NCBI RefSeq assembly: GCF_018375725.1
Contig: NZ_JAHACR010000001.1
Coordinates: 8,721-72,720, forward strand
Direction: 5' to 3'
DNA length: 64,000 nucleotides
From: Burkholderia sp.
Lineage (GTDB): Bacteria > Pseudomonadota > Gammaproteobacteria > Burkholderiales > Burkholderiaceae
Position numbers and translations under genes: made by a program. Shown piece after piece: positions 24,483 through 35,039 of this stretch. How positions within the stretch are numbered: position 1 is the stretch's first letter; each line of letters starts with the position of its first letter. The notes beneath the pieces were generated by a model that saw nothing but the letters and a program-made list of their open reading frames with translations, was not told the DNA's origin and searched no databases.

Positions 24483-24543
24483 AACACTCACATGTTCTGT
24501 CTGGGGCCGACGTTGTCAGCCCTTATTTTTTGGAGATTCGGAG

Positions 24544-25314
24544 ATGTCCGACATTTTTCAAACGTACTTTGCGTTCATCCTGGCCAGCCTCGGCTATCCG
24601 GTCGACGATATTCGCTGGAGTCTCGGCTACTGCCAGGGTGACGGCATGCGTTTCACCGGATGCGTCGATGCGAAGGTTGTGGCGCGTCGCCTGCTGGCCG
24701 ACAAGCCGGTCTTCATGGGTCTGGTGTTCAGCGCGGTGGGAAAGGGCGAGCGGATCAACATCACCGCGAGCGAACATCGCTATGTTCACGAGCACACGAT
24801 GACGGCCGATCGTAGCTACGACACCGACTTGACGCTGGCAGAAGACAAGGCGATGTCGCTGCTGCTGTCGCTCGTCGAGGAGGACATCGTCAGCATTTCG
24901 CAACGACTCAGGGATGACGGCTATTCGTGCATCGAAGCTGCACCGAGCGACGTCAGCGTTGTTGTCGATCGCACGTTCGGTGACTTCGGATTGAGAGTCA
25001 GCGTCCAACAGGAAGAGGCGCAGTATCTTGCCGACAGCGGCGACCGGCTTTACGACCTCCTCGACATGATCGAGGTCGCCAAAGGCCGGCAAGGCGCAGT
25101 GATGGTCTCCGTTCAGATCAAACACGACGGGGAAGAGGTCGGTTCGCCGCAACTGGGTGGATTTTCCTTCACGGGCGACTGGCATGCGCTGCCCAGTCAA
25201 CGAGACTTCCGAAGCTACGTGCGCGAGCTGCTGGGCGGCGCGTGTGCGGAAGTGCGGGAGATTCTCGGCATGGAAAAGCGGGGGCATCAGACCGCATTGA
25301 TCATGGCGGCGTAA
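24544..25314 (+). CDS. hypothetical protein (256 aa)
   Basis: GGAG RBS. Normal composition. A terminator follows. Confidence 0.7.
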   Translation: MSDIFQTYFAFILASLGYPVDDIRWSLGYCQGDGMRFTGCVDAKVVARRLLADKPVFMGLVFSAVGKGERINITASEHRYVHEHTMTADRSYDTDLTLAEDKAMSLLLSLVEEDIVSISQRLRDDGYSCIEAAPSDVSVVVDRTFGDFGLRVSVQQEEAQYLADSGDRLYDLLDMIEVAKGRQGAVMVSVQIKHDGEEVGSPQLGGFSFTGDWHALPSQRDFRSYVRELLGGACAEVREILGMEKRGHQTALIMAA

Positions 25315-25361
25315 GCTGTTCGTCGACCCTTGGTCAGGAAGGATGTTTCCGGCAGTTCAAA

Positions 25362-25394
25362 AGCCACCCTCGAACCGGGGTGGCTTTTTTATTT
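25362..25394 (+). terminator. rho-independent terminator
   Basis: Stem AGCCACCC (25362-25369) / GGGTGGCT (25378-25385), then TTTTTTATTTT. Confidence 0.75.
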
Positions 25395-25516
25395 TCCGCA
25401 ACAGAAACGGAAACAGGCCGCACATTGAACATGTTTCGAGATAGCTGAGAAGCGTTCCCGGTGCGAATATCCTGGCAGGATCCTGCCAACGAGCAGGACA
25501 AATTCAATGTACGGCC

Positions 25517-26173
25517 ATGGATCACGCCAAATATATGACGACGGCTCTACGTTCCCAGGTGGATGCAGCAACGCTCATTCGGAAGGGCTTCAGCGAGGAG
25601 GATCTGGCGCGCTGGCCGCAGAAATCCTTGCCTCAATTCATGCTCGAGGACATGGCAGACCAGGAACTGGACCTCCTGGGAATCAAGCGAGGGCATCGGG
25701 TGTACCAGCAGAGACGAAAGAGCATGCTTGAAGAGTTGAGTCAGCCCCTTCCGACAATCGAACTGTCCTGGGGAAGAATCATCGCGCGTTACGACGATTC
25801 GGATTCCCCCCTCTCGTTCTCTCTGGTGTTTGCTTTCAATTCGCCCGACGGCTTTCCCAACCGTCAACGCCCCGGCCTTGGAAGCGAGTGTGATATCGAA
25901 GCGATCCAGTTCGCGATCGGGAAGGTTCTCGAAACGAAGTTCGCCGATATCGAGCGTGCAGGAGCCGAACTAACCGACAGCTACGTGGCAGGTGAAATTC
26001 TCAAGTTCGAGGTTCTGGACGCGTCTCGGGCGAATTTCAAGGTGCTGAGCGAAAGCATCGCCGACTTCGTCGAGCATTACGACATGGTCGGCATGCTGGC
26101 CGACGAGTCCGTTGTTGTGCACGGGAACGAGGCATCTGCGCGGCGCTACGTTGCTCACGGGTGGGTGGCGTAA
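25517..26173 (+). CDS. hypothetical protein (218 aa)
   Basis: ORF with normal composition; no motif recognised. Confidence 0.6.
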   Translation: MDHAKYMTTALRSQVDAATLIRKGFSEEDLARWPQKSLPQFMLEDMADQELDLLGIKRGHRVYQQRRKSMLEELSQPLPTIELSWGRIIARYDDSDSPLSFSLVFAFNSPDGFPNRQRPGLGSECDIEAIQFAIGKVLETKFADIERAGAELTDSYVAGEILKFEVLDASRANFKVLSESIADFVEHYDMVGMLADESVVVHGNEASARRYVAHGWVA

Positions 26174-26321
26174 GCCGGCAAGGCGGATTCATAGCGAGAA
26201 TCCCAGTACGGCACCAGTGATTACGGGCGCTTGTTTTTCATTGGTCGTTCAGCATCATTCGTTGACGGCGTGTCACGCCCAGGCACGCAAGGATTAATTC
26301 ACATTGTGAAGGAACCAAGGT

Positions 26322-27104
26322 ATGCGCGGGAAAGTGAAGGTCGTCTGGGTGGCGACCGCTATCGCGATGATGTCGTTGCTTACGGCATGCGGTCCGGATC
26401 CGTCCATTCAGCTTCGCGCCAATGCCGAGGCCGCCGTCAAGCGTCAAATGGGCAAAGATGTCGACCCGGTCAAGAGCTTCACAGGCATTCGCATCGCGCG
26501 TGAATCCGTTGCGGAGCAGTGCGACGACTACAACGGGATCTATCACTTCTCGATGCAGAAGGCGTGCTCGGAAGAGCTGGAGTTGATGAAAGCTGCCGCA
26601 ATTGGCCCGCTCCAGGACGCACTCCTTGCCGGGAACGTCGGCGCCGGCCGAATCGCCTTCGTGGCGCTGTCAGCCAATGCAACCGATGATCTCAGCGAGG
26701 ATATCCGGAACATCATCGCGCGGCCGGAGGTGGCTACAAGCATCGTCTCGACGGCCGGCTCGCTAGACGGGCAAGTGACGGACCAAGCGAGGACGTATGA
26801 GATGCTTGCGGCGGCCGTGCTGGTCGCGGGCCAGGGCGTGCCGGCGGATCGCGTGCGCGGCGTGCAACTCTACGACGCAGCGTGGTCGGCCGGCGAGACC
26901 TCGGCCGCAGCGATGCTCGCGAATGCGTACGTGCAGGGCAGGGACAGCGTGAACGCGTACCTCTGGAGCCTTCGCTGTACGGACGCCTGCCAAGCCGGAC
27001 TGACGCCCGAAGCCGCAAGGGTTGTGCTGGAGAGAACGCTTGATCCGCAAACCGTCCGCAACATTCAGCAGAAGGCAAAGGACCAAACCGTCTTGAACCT
27101 GTAA
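26322..27104 (+). CDS. lipoprotein, possibly with Sel1-like repeats
   Basis: Signal peptide with lipobox LLTAC. C-terminal GVQLYDAAWSAGETSAAAMLANAYVQG resembles a Sel1/TPR-like repeat. Confidence 0.65.
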   Translation: MRGKVKVVWVATAIAMMSLLTACGPDPSIQLRANAEAAVKRQMGKDVDPVKSFTGIRIARESVAEQCDDYNGIYHFSMQKACSEELELMKAAAIGPLQDALLAGNVGAGRIAFVALSANATDDLSEDIRNIIARPEVATSIVSTAGSLDGQVTDQARTYEMLAAAVLVAGQGVPADRVRGVQLYDAAWSAGETSAAAMLANAYVQGRDSVNAYLWSLRCTDACQAGLTPEAARVVLERTLDPQTVRNIQQKAKDQTVLNL

Positions 27105-27246
27105 CCGGCTAACCGGCAGGAGGCGGGGATTTTTGTTACGAAATTTGAGTGGGTTATATACGCATAGGCGATTAAAATCCACGAGAATGCGAATCTGCGA
27201 TTCGCCAAACCCCGTCTGCAAGAAGAGGGCCGAGGAGGGCTCGAAC

Positions 27247-28257
27247 ATGGCAGAGCCGACAGTCAACTGGGATAGCGTGAATCCCGCCGCGTTCGTCGAA
27301 TGGCAACGAGAGCTCGTCGACGGCCGTGGGAACCCCTTCAGTTCGCAGACGCTGAAGCAGCGTGCCTCGATGTACGGCAAGTTCCTGAAATTCCTCTACG
27401 GTCGGGACGAACCGGCCTCCGTTCTGTCGGTCGGCCCCGACGAGATACAGTTGTTTCTGTCGACGCTGGCAGGGAAGCGTGAAGCTGGCGAGGGCAACGC
27501 GACCAGAAAGGTAGCGGCTGAGCGCGGTACCGCGCAGAGGTACGTTCGGTTGATCAACGACGTGTTCGAGCACCTGGTTGATCTGGGCCTTCGAGAGGCC
27601 AATCCCGCGGCCGCGTTGCTGGCCGAATTCAGCAAGCGCACTGGAGATCGGTCAGAAGGCAAGCTTCCCGAGTGCCTCGATTCGATGCAAGATGCTCGCT
27701 TGCGCGAGAGAATCCTTTCGATGCCAACGAACACTTGGACTGGATGCCGAAACAGGGCAATGCTGGCTCTTTTCTCTGGGGCAGGCCTCACGCTGTTCGA
27801 AGGCATCCACATCGAACTCGAAAAGGTTGAGATCACGAACGAGCGGCTGGTCACGCCAGGTACGGCGAGTGGTTCGCGCCGTGCTCACGTTGTGCCCCTC
27901 GCCAGATTGTGTGTCGAGCCTCTGACGACGTGGATCCGATGCCTTGAAGAACGGGGCGGAGAGTGGCGCTACCTGTTTCCATCAAGCGCGGGCGGCGGCG
28001 ATCCCGTGCCGTCAGATGAGCCCTTGGCCGAGAACAGCGTGTACTCACTGATCAGCGCCGCGCTCGAGGCGGTCGGATTCGACGGACAGGACAAGGGCGC
28101 TGCGGTGCTTCGCAACACCTATGCTTTGCGGAATCTCATGGCTGGCACGAACCAGAACGATCTCCGCTCATGGATGGGTCTCGAAACCGACTACCAACTT
28201 TTTCGTATTGCGCGGCTTCGAGGGCTATGGAGTACCGGGGATCGCCGTCCTGTTTGA
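27247..28257 (+). CDS. tyrosine-recombinase-like protein with degenerate catalytic residues
   Basis: GAGGAGGG RBS. Integrase-like layout, but box I reads GAGLTLFE (Arg replaced), box II reads AVLRNTYA (both His replaced) and the tail reads MGLETDYQLF. Compare the intact LRTSE / HWLRHSFA / LGHADVNTSLVY in the integrase at 61968. Confidence 0.65.
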   Translation: MAEPTVNWDSVNPAAFVEWQRELVDGRGNPFSSQTLKQRASMYGKFLKFLYGRDEPASVLSVGPDEIQLFLSTLAGKREAGEGNATRKVAAERGTAQRYVRLINDVFEHLVDLGLREANPAAALLAEFSKRTGDRSEGKLPECLDSMQDARLRERILSMPTNTWTGCRNRAMLALFSGAGLTLFEGIHIELEKVEITNERLVTPGTASGSRRAHVVPLARLCVEPLTTWIRCLEERGGEWRYLFPSSAGGGDPVPSDEPLAENSVYSLISAALEAVGFDGQDKGAAVLRNTYALRNLMAGTNQNDLRSWMGLETDYQLFRIARLRGLWSTGDRRPV

Positions 28258-28506
28258 TCATTCAAGAAGACGCATCCTGGCAATTCTCTCAGTGCCGGTC
28301 CTCGATTGACAGAATGCTGACTGGCATCAGACAGGCAGTTTTTGTTAATTTTGGTCAAATGCGGACGATGTCTGGGCAAGGACGCCCATAAAAGTCAGAC
28401 TATCTGCACAATTTTGCTATCCTCTCTGCCATTACCCGGTGGTGCGACCATGCCGTGACGCGAGTCGCGCAGCCGAATTCAATACGTTTTCAACAATATT
28501 GAGAGA

Positions 28507-31293
28507 ATGGCTGTGTCGCTAAGCGAAACAATAAGCAGCTTCGCGTCGGGGGCGGTCGACTGGAACCGTCGGCCGATCGCATTGAATTTCGGACGGTTGC
28601 AAGGCAGCTTGGGACGCTTGCTTGCGCTTCAGCACGCAAACGTTCGCGAGGGGTTGATGACCGGCATCCGTGGGCATTTAACATGCGTGTCGACGAGACA
28701 CGATCTGTCGCCGCGTCTATTTATTGGCGTACCCGTCTCGGTGCGACTCGTCACCGACCGCGGCCACCTGCACTTCATCAACGCCATTATCCAGAACGTG
28801 CAGATCGGCCAAAGCGATGGCGAACTGTGCGTGTATCAGCTGACCGTGTGCGACGCGCTCTCGCTGATGGACAAGCGCACAAACTCGCGTGTGTTCCGTA
28901 AGCAAAGCGTTGTCGACGTCCTAGCGGTGATGTTCAACGAGTGGCGGCAGCGTAGTCCCGCCCTCGCTCGCGCGTTTGAGTTCGACTTGTCCTTTCTGAA
29001 TCGCGATCGCTACCCGCCCCGCGAATTGACTCGACAGGTGAATGAGTCGGACGCCGCGTTTGTCCGCCGCCTGTTGCGCCGCGAAGGGATCTCGATCTTC
29101 GTCAAGGCCGGTGCCGCAAAGGGCGGCTCGAGCACACAAGACGATACACCGGTCCACACCCTGGTGTGCTGCGACAACCCCGACTCGTTGCAGGAAGCAC
29201 CGGCCGGGACAGTACGCCTCCACCCACGCGATGCCGGCACCGAGGAGCGGGATACCGTCACGTTGTTCGCGATGCACGCACGACTGGTGCCGGGCTCAGC
29301 CAGCCGCCCGTCGTGGGACTATAAAAAGGCACGTATTGACGAGTCGACCGTCACCGGGACTGTCGATCAAGGCGAGACTGGCAACGATCTGGCAACGCTC
29401 TTGACCGACGTGGCGATCGACATCCCGCACGCTGGGGACTCGTGGGACGATCAAGAGCGCCTCACTCTCTCGAGAATGCTCGCGCATCAGTTCGAAGCCG
29501 AGCAGTTCGACGGCGCGAGCGGCATTCGCGACCTCGCCGTCGGGACGTGGATCACACTGACCGGCGATCCCGAACTGGACATGCAGTCGATTGATAAGCG
29601 GCAGTTCGTCGTCACGTCAATTCGACACGACGTCTCGAACAACCTGCCGAAAGGGCTGACTGAGCGTGTGCACACGCTGTTCGCAGCAAGCAGGAACCTT
29701 GCGTTTCCATCGCCCACACCAGCACTGCAGTCATCCGCCGAATCCGACACGCGCTACGAGAACACGTTCACATGCGTGCGACGCGGCATCCCGATCACGC
29801 CGGCGTACGATCCGAAGATCGATCTCCCTCCTGTCCATCTGTTGACTGGCGTCATCGTCACACGCGATGGCGACGAGGTTGTTAGCGACGAGCTCGGTCG
29901 GGTCTACGTGCGAATCCACGGCCTGGATCCCGCTGATCACTCACATGCACAGGGAGCCGGCACGAACGACAATGCCGGGGACAGCGCACCGATCCGTGTG
30001 GCTTCGAGTTTAGCGGGAACGCAATTCGGCGCGTCGTTCCTTCCGCGCCGCGGAATGGAAGTCCTGCTCGGCGCGATCGGTGGTGATCCCGACCGGTTGG
30101 TGATTATCGCAGTCCTTGGAAACGGTGCGAATCCGCCGGCGGCGTTCACCCACACCGGTTCGCTGCCAGGCAATCGGTATGTGTCTGGCATCAAGACAAA
30201 GGAAATCAAGGGTCAGCGCTATAACCAGCTGCGGCTCGACGACACGCCGGGCCAAATTTCCAGCCAGCTAGCGAGCGAGCATGCGCATTCGCAGCTGAAT
30301 CTGGGCTACCTGACGCAGCCGCGCCAGGACGGTCAAGGGAAGGATCGCGGCGAAGGCGCGGAGCTGCGTACCGACGCGGCAGCCGCTCTTCGTGCAGCGC
30401 AAGGCATCTTGCTAACGACCTATGCTCGCTCGCAGGCGAGTGGAGGACAGCTTGACCGCGATGAGCTGCTGCAGCTGCTCGGCGAGTGCACCGAATTGTT
30501 CAAGTCGCTGGGCGACTATGCGGGCGAGCATGGCGGACAGGTTGCCGATACTGCCGGCCAGCAGGCTATCGCCGCGGCGTTCAAGAACTGGGCGCCCGCC
30601 GGCGGTGGATCGCAAACCGGGACCGGCGCCGCGAGCGGCTCGCAGGCGCTGATGGCGTTCGGCGCGCAGGCCGGCTCGGTCGCGATCACACCGAAGACGC
30701 ACGTGACGTATGCGGGCGAAAACATCGACCAGGTCGCGCAGCAGCACGTGCAACTGACCAGCGGCCAGCGCATCAATCTGCACGGCGGCCGCGGCGTCGC
30801 GATGTTCGCCCACAGCGATGGCGTATCAGCGATCGCGAACCAGGGCAGGGTCACGCTGCAGAGCCAGAACGACGACACGCATATTGAGTCTGCGAAAAAC
30901 ATTCAGTTCGCGGCCGCCGACGGCAAGATCACAGGTATGGCGAACGACCAAGTGGTCTTCACGACGTCGGGCGGGGCGTACCTGAAGCTCCACGGCAGCG
31001 ATATCGAGCTCGGGTGTCCGGGAAAATTCACAGTGAAGTCCGCTGGCCATTCGTGGCAAGGTCCAGCGAGCATGGGCACGGACATGCCAAAGTTTGATCG
31101 AGCACCACTAGGGCGTGTGCCGAAACTGGTGCGAGCGTCCGACGGAAATCCGATCGAGGGTTATATGGGCGAGGTGCATTCGGCGTCAGGGGAAATAGCG
31201 AAGGAGCAGACGAGCAGCGCCGGCACGATGACCCCAATCGACCATGACCAGTTCGAACAGGTTGTCGTCAAATTCTTCGAGAAAGACGCGTAA
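28507..31293 (+). CDS. vgrG: type VI secretion spike protein VgrG
   Basis: 928 aa. Typical VgrG core, e.g. YVSGIKTKEIKGQRYNQLRLDDTPGQISSQLASEHAHSQLNLGYLTQPR, plus a repetitive beta-helix C-terminal region. Confidence 0.92.
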   Translation: MAVSLSETISSFASGAVDWNRRPIALNFGRLQGSLGRLLALQHANVREGLMTGIRGHLTCVSTRHDLSPRLFIGVPVSVRLVTDRGHLHFINAIIQNVQIGQSDGELCVYQLTVCDALSLMDKRTNSRVFRKQSVVDVLAVMFNEWRQRSPALARAFEFDLSFLNRDRYPPRELTRQVNESDAAFVRRLLRREGISIFVKAGAAKGGSSTQDDTPVHTLVCCDNPDSLQEAPAGTVRLHPRDAGTEERDTVTLFAMHARLVPGSASRPSWDYKKARIDESTVTGTVDQGETGNDLATLLTDVAIDIPHAGDSWDDQERLTLSRMLAHQFEAEQFDGASGIRDLAVGTWITLTGDPELDMQSIDKRQFVVTSIRHDVSNNLPKGLTERVHTLFAASRNLAFPSPTPALQSSAESDTRYENTFTCVRRGIPITPAYDPKIDLPPVHLLTGVIVTRDGDEVVSDELGRVYVRIHGLDPADHSHAQGAGTNDNAGDSAPIRVASSLAGTQFGASFLPRRGMEVLLGAIGGDPDRLVIIAVLGNGANPPAAFTHTGSLPGNRYVSGIKTKEIKGQRYNQLRLDDTPGQISSQLASEHAHSQLNLGYLTQPRQDGQGKDRGEGAELRTDAAAALRAAQGILLTTYARSQASGGQLDRDELLQLLGECTELFKSLGDYAGEHGGQVADTAGQQAIAAAFKNWAPAGGGSQTGTGAASGSQALMAFGAQAGSVAITPKTHVTYAGENIDQVAQQHVQLTSGQRINLHGGRGVAMFAHSDGVSAIANQGRVTLQSQNDDTHIESAKNIQFAAADGKITGMANDQVVFTTSGGAYLKLHGSDIELGCPGKFTVKSAGHSWQGPASMGTDMPKFDRAPLGRVPKLVRASDGNPIEGYMGEVHSASGEIAKEQTSSAGTMTPIDHDQFEQVVVKFFEKDA

Positions 31294-31314
31294 GCGCGCG
31301 ACAAGGTACAGATC

Positions 31315-33543
31315 ATGTCCACAACACACCGCAGTCCGGTCGCAACCGCCAAGGGTACCGTGCTGCCGAACAAGAAAAAGGAACTCATCGCGGTCAAGCC
31401 GATGCCGTTGCCTGGCGTCGTGATTTTCGTCCACGGAGTCAACTCCGAGGGCGAGTGGTTCGGTCCAGCCGAAGAGGGTCTCTGCCGCGGATTGAACCGG
31501 CGCCTTGGGCGGCTCGACGACCAGATGATGTTCAAAGGACCGGAAGGTGGACAACTCACCCCGGCCAAGTACATCAAGTTCCTCACGAAGGACGGCTTCA
31601 TCAATCCGAAGATGACGCCGCAAACCTACGTGCAACCCGACCCGTCGTGGTCACCGGTCATTCATTTCCGCTGGGGACATAAGGCGAACAAGGAAGAACT
31701 GCAGGAGTTTGGCGGCAACATTTTTCTGAATGAACAAAATTACTGGGGTGGTGGGCCGTTCGCAAATGGGTGCTCGAGTCTTGCGGATTTGTGGAATGTC
31801 GGGGTCAACGACCGACTGTTCCTCTGGCTATCGGTCCAGGATTTGAATCCCGTTGACGCCCGCATGGTGTACTCGACACCAAACCGCCAATACGGTGTGA
31901 TGGCTGCGCTGCGCCTCGCAAAATTGATCGAGTCGATCAGAAAAAAGCAAGCGGATTGTCCAATCACCGTGGTTTGTCATAGTCAAGGCAACATAGTCGG
32001 GCTCACCGCAGCGTTTCTGGGCGACCAATTGCCGGATGTGAAGGATGGTCAGGGGAAGTCCGGCCGTTGCGTCGCCGACGCCTATGTATTGGCAAACGCG
32101 CCGTACAGCTTGGTCGCCAGCAACGTGCCCGATTCCTGGACTCAACGCCGTGCAAAAGATTCAGAGGGTCGACGCGGCCGCGAGACATGGGAGGCCCGGG
32201 TCCACACCCTGTCGAACTTCTTCGACATCATCCGTGCGCGCGCAGCCCTCGAACCTATGCCGGGCGATATCGATCCAGAGATGTCAAACGTGTGCACGTC
32301 GTCGAAGGGCAAGCCGTACACGGCCGCCGCGGATCGCGAGGCCCATGGCCTTCAGGTTTGGGGTAAGACGTCAATGGGGCCGACGGGTTACGGAAACATG
32401 TACCGCACATATGGCCGCGTCACGCTCTACTGCTGCCCGCATGATCAAGTAATCTCGGCAACAACCGTCCAGGGGATCGGCTGGCGTGGCTTGAGCGAGT
32501 ACGAGATAGAAGTCACAGGCGGTGCTGATTGCTTCACGCAGCGGGTGTTCGCTTCGGGCTACCTTGTAGGCCAAAAGCCCGGCGAACTTTACGATTACAC
32601 GAAGAATGACTGGCGCTACAAGAAAGGAAAGACGAAGGGCTTCTGGTATCCCCCGTCGCCCGAGGCACGATTTTCGATCGCCAAATCATTGCAGAACCGA
32701 ACGACTCTTCACGACATGTGGGGGATCTGGCAGATGCGAGGTATCGGCTCGCTGATAAACCTGGCAGGACCGGCTGTCAATGCGACGCCACCCGACTGGT
32801 GGGCAATTCCGATCGACGCTCCAAAGCTGGACCACCCGTTCACCCCTGTGGCAATGAAATTCGGAAGCCCGCTCGCACCAGTCCATGACGGCCCGGCCGC
32901 GACCAGCGTCTTTAATGAGGGCAATGACCCGGTGGCGGCCGCTCGTGATAGAGACAAGGCTGCTGCTGACAAAAAGCCAGGAGACGCGATCGACAACTAC
33001 AAGGGCGCCACGCCGCTTGGGAACGAGGATAGCGAAGCAGATATGCGGTACGAATTGCACGCGGTTGTGCGACAGACCGTCCGCCAACGTGAGCAAGGAA
33101 ACGGCGCGCTCATTGACGCAGATGGGAATGTGACCTCGGAGCAACCCGGTTCCAATGCTGACGGCAAGGCGAGGCAGTATTCGTCGTCCACCGTGACGGC
33201 TTATCTCGGGGCGACAGAGAAGAACAATCCGACAAACCATTCGACGATCATGACGAACGCGATGCACGCGGAGCACGCTCTCGCCTACGACATCGCGATC
33301 GGCGTGTGCAAACTGACGCCAGAAGACTGGAAGGATCTGCGTATCGAGGCGGACTGGCGCTTCGTTAAGGGACTCGACAAGAGCAATCCGCACCAGAAGT
33401 ATGCGGAGTATTTCGTTTGGGGAAGAATGAACGGGCAATTCCTATCACGCTGGGTGAAATCGGACCCCGAAGCACACATGCCGAAGAAGATCGTTGACGA
33501 GCGAGATGGCGGGATGATCCTCGGTGCGACGCACGCCCTATGA
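31315..33543 (+). CDS. T6SS lipase/phospholipase effector (alpha/beta hydrolase, probably Tle3-like)
   Basis: Directly downstream of vgrG. VVIFVHGVNSEGEWF oxyanion region and nucleophile elbow VVCHSQGN (GxSxG variant). The family assignment is from memory. Confidence 0.75.
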   Translation: MSTTHRSPVATAKGTVLPNKKKELIAVKPMPLPGVVIFVHGVNSEGEWFGPAEEGLCRGLNRRLGRLDDQMMFKGPEGGQLTPAKYIKFLTKDGFINPKMTPQTYVQPDPSWSPVIHFRWGHKANKEELQEFGGNIFLNEQNYWGGGPFANGCSSLADLWNVGVNDRLFLWLSVQDLNPVDARMVYSTPNRQYGVMAALRLAKLIESIRKKQADCPITVVCHSQGNIVGLTAAFLGDQLPDVKDGQGKSGRCVADAYVLANAPYSLVASNVPDSWTQRRAKDSEGRRGRETWEARVHTLSNFFDIIRARAALEPMPGDIDPEMSNVCTSSKGKPYTAAADREAHGLQVWGKTSMGPTGYGNMYRTYGRVTLYCCPHDQVISATTVQGIGWRGLSEYEIEVTGGADCFTQRVFASGYLVGQKPGELYDYTKNDWRYKKGKTKGFWYPPSPEARFSIAKSLQNRTTLHDMWGIWQMRGIGSLINLAGPAVNATPPDWWAIPIDAPKLDHPFTPVAMKFGSPLAPVHDGPAATSVFNEGNDPVAAARDRDKAAADKKPGDAIDNYKGATPLGNEDSEADMRYELHAVVRQTVRQREQGNGALIDADGNVTSEQPGSNADGKARQYSSSTVTAYLGATEKNNPTNHSTIMTNAMHAEHALAYDIAIGVCKLTPEDWKDLRIEADWRFVKGLDKSNPHQKYAEYFVWGRMNGQFLSRWVKSDPEAHMPKKIVDERDGGMILGATHAL

Positions 33544-35039
33544 ATACCCTTCTCTCGACTTGGCCGCGACGTGTTGGCGTCGCGCTCGCCGTTCTGCTCT
33601 TGTCTGTCGCAGTAACGGCCTCGTGGACGTATTATGCTCAGCAGGCTGCGACGCAGCCGCTCTCGGTTGAGGAATGGATGAAACGATTGATTGTGTTGCC
33701 GCTCCTAGTTGTGGTTGCCGTATTTGCGCTATGGGCGGGGCTTCGGAAATCCGGCATAGAAAAGGCTGCGGTGACAACGACGGCCACTGCGACAAGTGTT
33801 GCAGCGGCAGCTGCCGTCCCTGATCGACCGTTCCGTGCACAAGTCGTCGGACTGGCGTGGCTAAACCCGCTGCAGCGGCGCGACTATCCAACCGAATGGC
33901 AGTTGCTTTGGACGATGGGCCTTGCCAAGCCCAATGAGCACGACGACATGGTGAAAGAGGATCCGAAGGGCTTCACCGCCGTTCAACCGGTTGCTGGTGT
34001 CGCGTACGGTAATGATGGCCGTGAGACGTTCGATGGGTTCTACGAGAAATATGTTGAACAGCTGCTCGTCTTGTTCGGCGAGACTTACGTCACGAATCCA
34101 TCGTACTTCTACAACGTTCACTCCAAGGACCGGAAGAATTGGCGAGAACTCGCAGGCATGCATATCGAGTTCGCAATTCCCGAGAAACGCCTCGATCCGG
34201 AAGCATCACGAAAATTCCTGGTGAAAGACTTTACGTCTGCGTTCGAAATTGGAAACGTGGACGCACCTACTCTTTGGAGTAAAGACACCCCGCCTGATGT
34301 CCATGTCACGCCGGGCGGCCCGAACGCAGGCTTTACTTCGCTGAATCGCGCGCTCGACTATCTGCAAGCGCATCCTGATCAAAGCGTATGGGTGATGAAC
34401 TGGGACGCGCCGAGCTTTCCGCCGAAGGACAACCAGATGAACGAGAACATGGTGCTGCTCGTTCTGACGGGCCCGGCCTTTGAGACGGGGCGAGAACCGC
34501 TTGCCTGGATTGGACGAGCCGCCGTCGGCAACGTGAACGACTTCGAAAAGAAGTCCGGTACAACCCGCGCGGTTCAGGCCTGGAAATCGACCATCGAGCA
34601 GGCCGCGCACAATGCCGGTGTGGAGACGACCGACCTGCATTATGTGGTCCACGACGCCGGCAAGGGGAGTGACGCCGCGTCCGCTCGCCTTGGCGCTTTG
34701 TCGCAGACGCTGACCGAGGTGCTGCCGGAATACGATTACCAGAAACAGACATTCAATACGCCGGCTCTGCTTGGCGAGATGGGCGCCGGTACCGCGTTGA
34801 CGGACGTGGCGCTGGCGATCGGCCGTGCAAACCATCTCGGTGGGAATATGCTGGTGGCCGGCACGACCGACGCCGAGCATCCGACCGCGGTCGTCGTGGT
34901 GCCGCCGGCGAAGTTGAATCCGATCGACCCCAAAAAGCCGTGGTTCCGTGCGGCAGGCGAGGGCAACGCTTATCTGCCCTGGTGGGGGAAACGGCACGAC
35001 GTCGATTACAGCCGGTACGGGCAAGGCTATAGCTTCTAA
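33540..35039 (+). CDS. putative effector immunity/adaptor protein (DUF2875-like), two N-terminal TM helices
   Basis: ATGA coupling to the effector gene. Two N-terminal TM helices. The position matches Tli/Tla partners of Tle3-type effectors. Confidence 0.6.
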   Translation: MNTLLSTWPRRVGVALAVLLLSVAVTASWTYYAQQAATQPLSVEEWMKRLIVLPLLVVVAVFALWAGLRKSGIEKAAVTTTATATSVAAAAAVPDRPFRAQVVGLAWLNPLQRRDYPTEWQLLWTMGLAKPNEHDDMVKEDPKGFTAVQPVAGVAYGNDGRETFDGFYEKYVEQLLVLFGETYVTNPSYFYNVHSKDRKNWRELAGMHIEFAIPEKRLDPEASRKFLVKDFTSAFEIGNVDAPTLWSKDTPPDVHVTPGGPNAGFTSLNRALDYLQAHPDQSVWVMNWDAPSFPPKDNQMNENMVLLVLTGPAFETGREPLAWIGRAAVGNVNDFEKKSGTTRAVQAWKSTIEQAAHNAGVETTDLHYVVHDAGKGSDAASARLGALSQTLTEVLPEYDYQKQTFNTPALLGEMGAGTALTDVALAIGRANHLGGNMLVAGTTDAEHPTAVVVVPPAKLNPIDPKKPWFRAAGEGNAYLPWWGKRHDVDYSRYGQGYSF

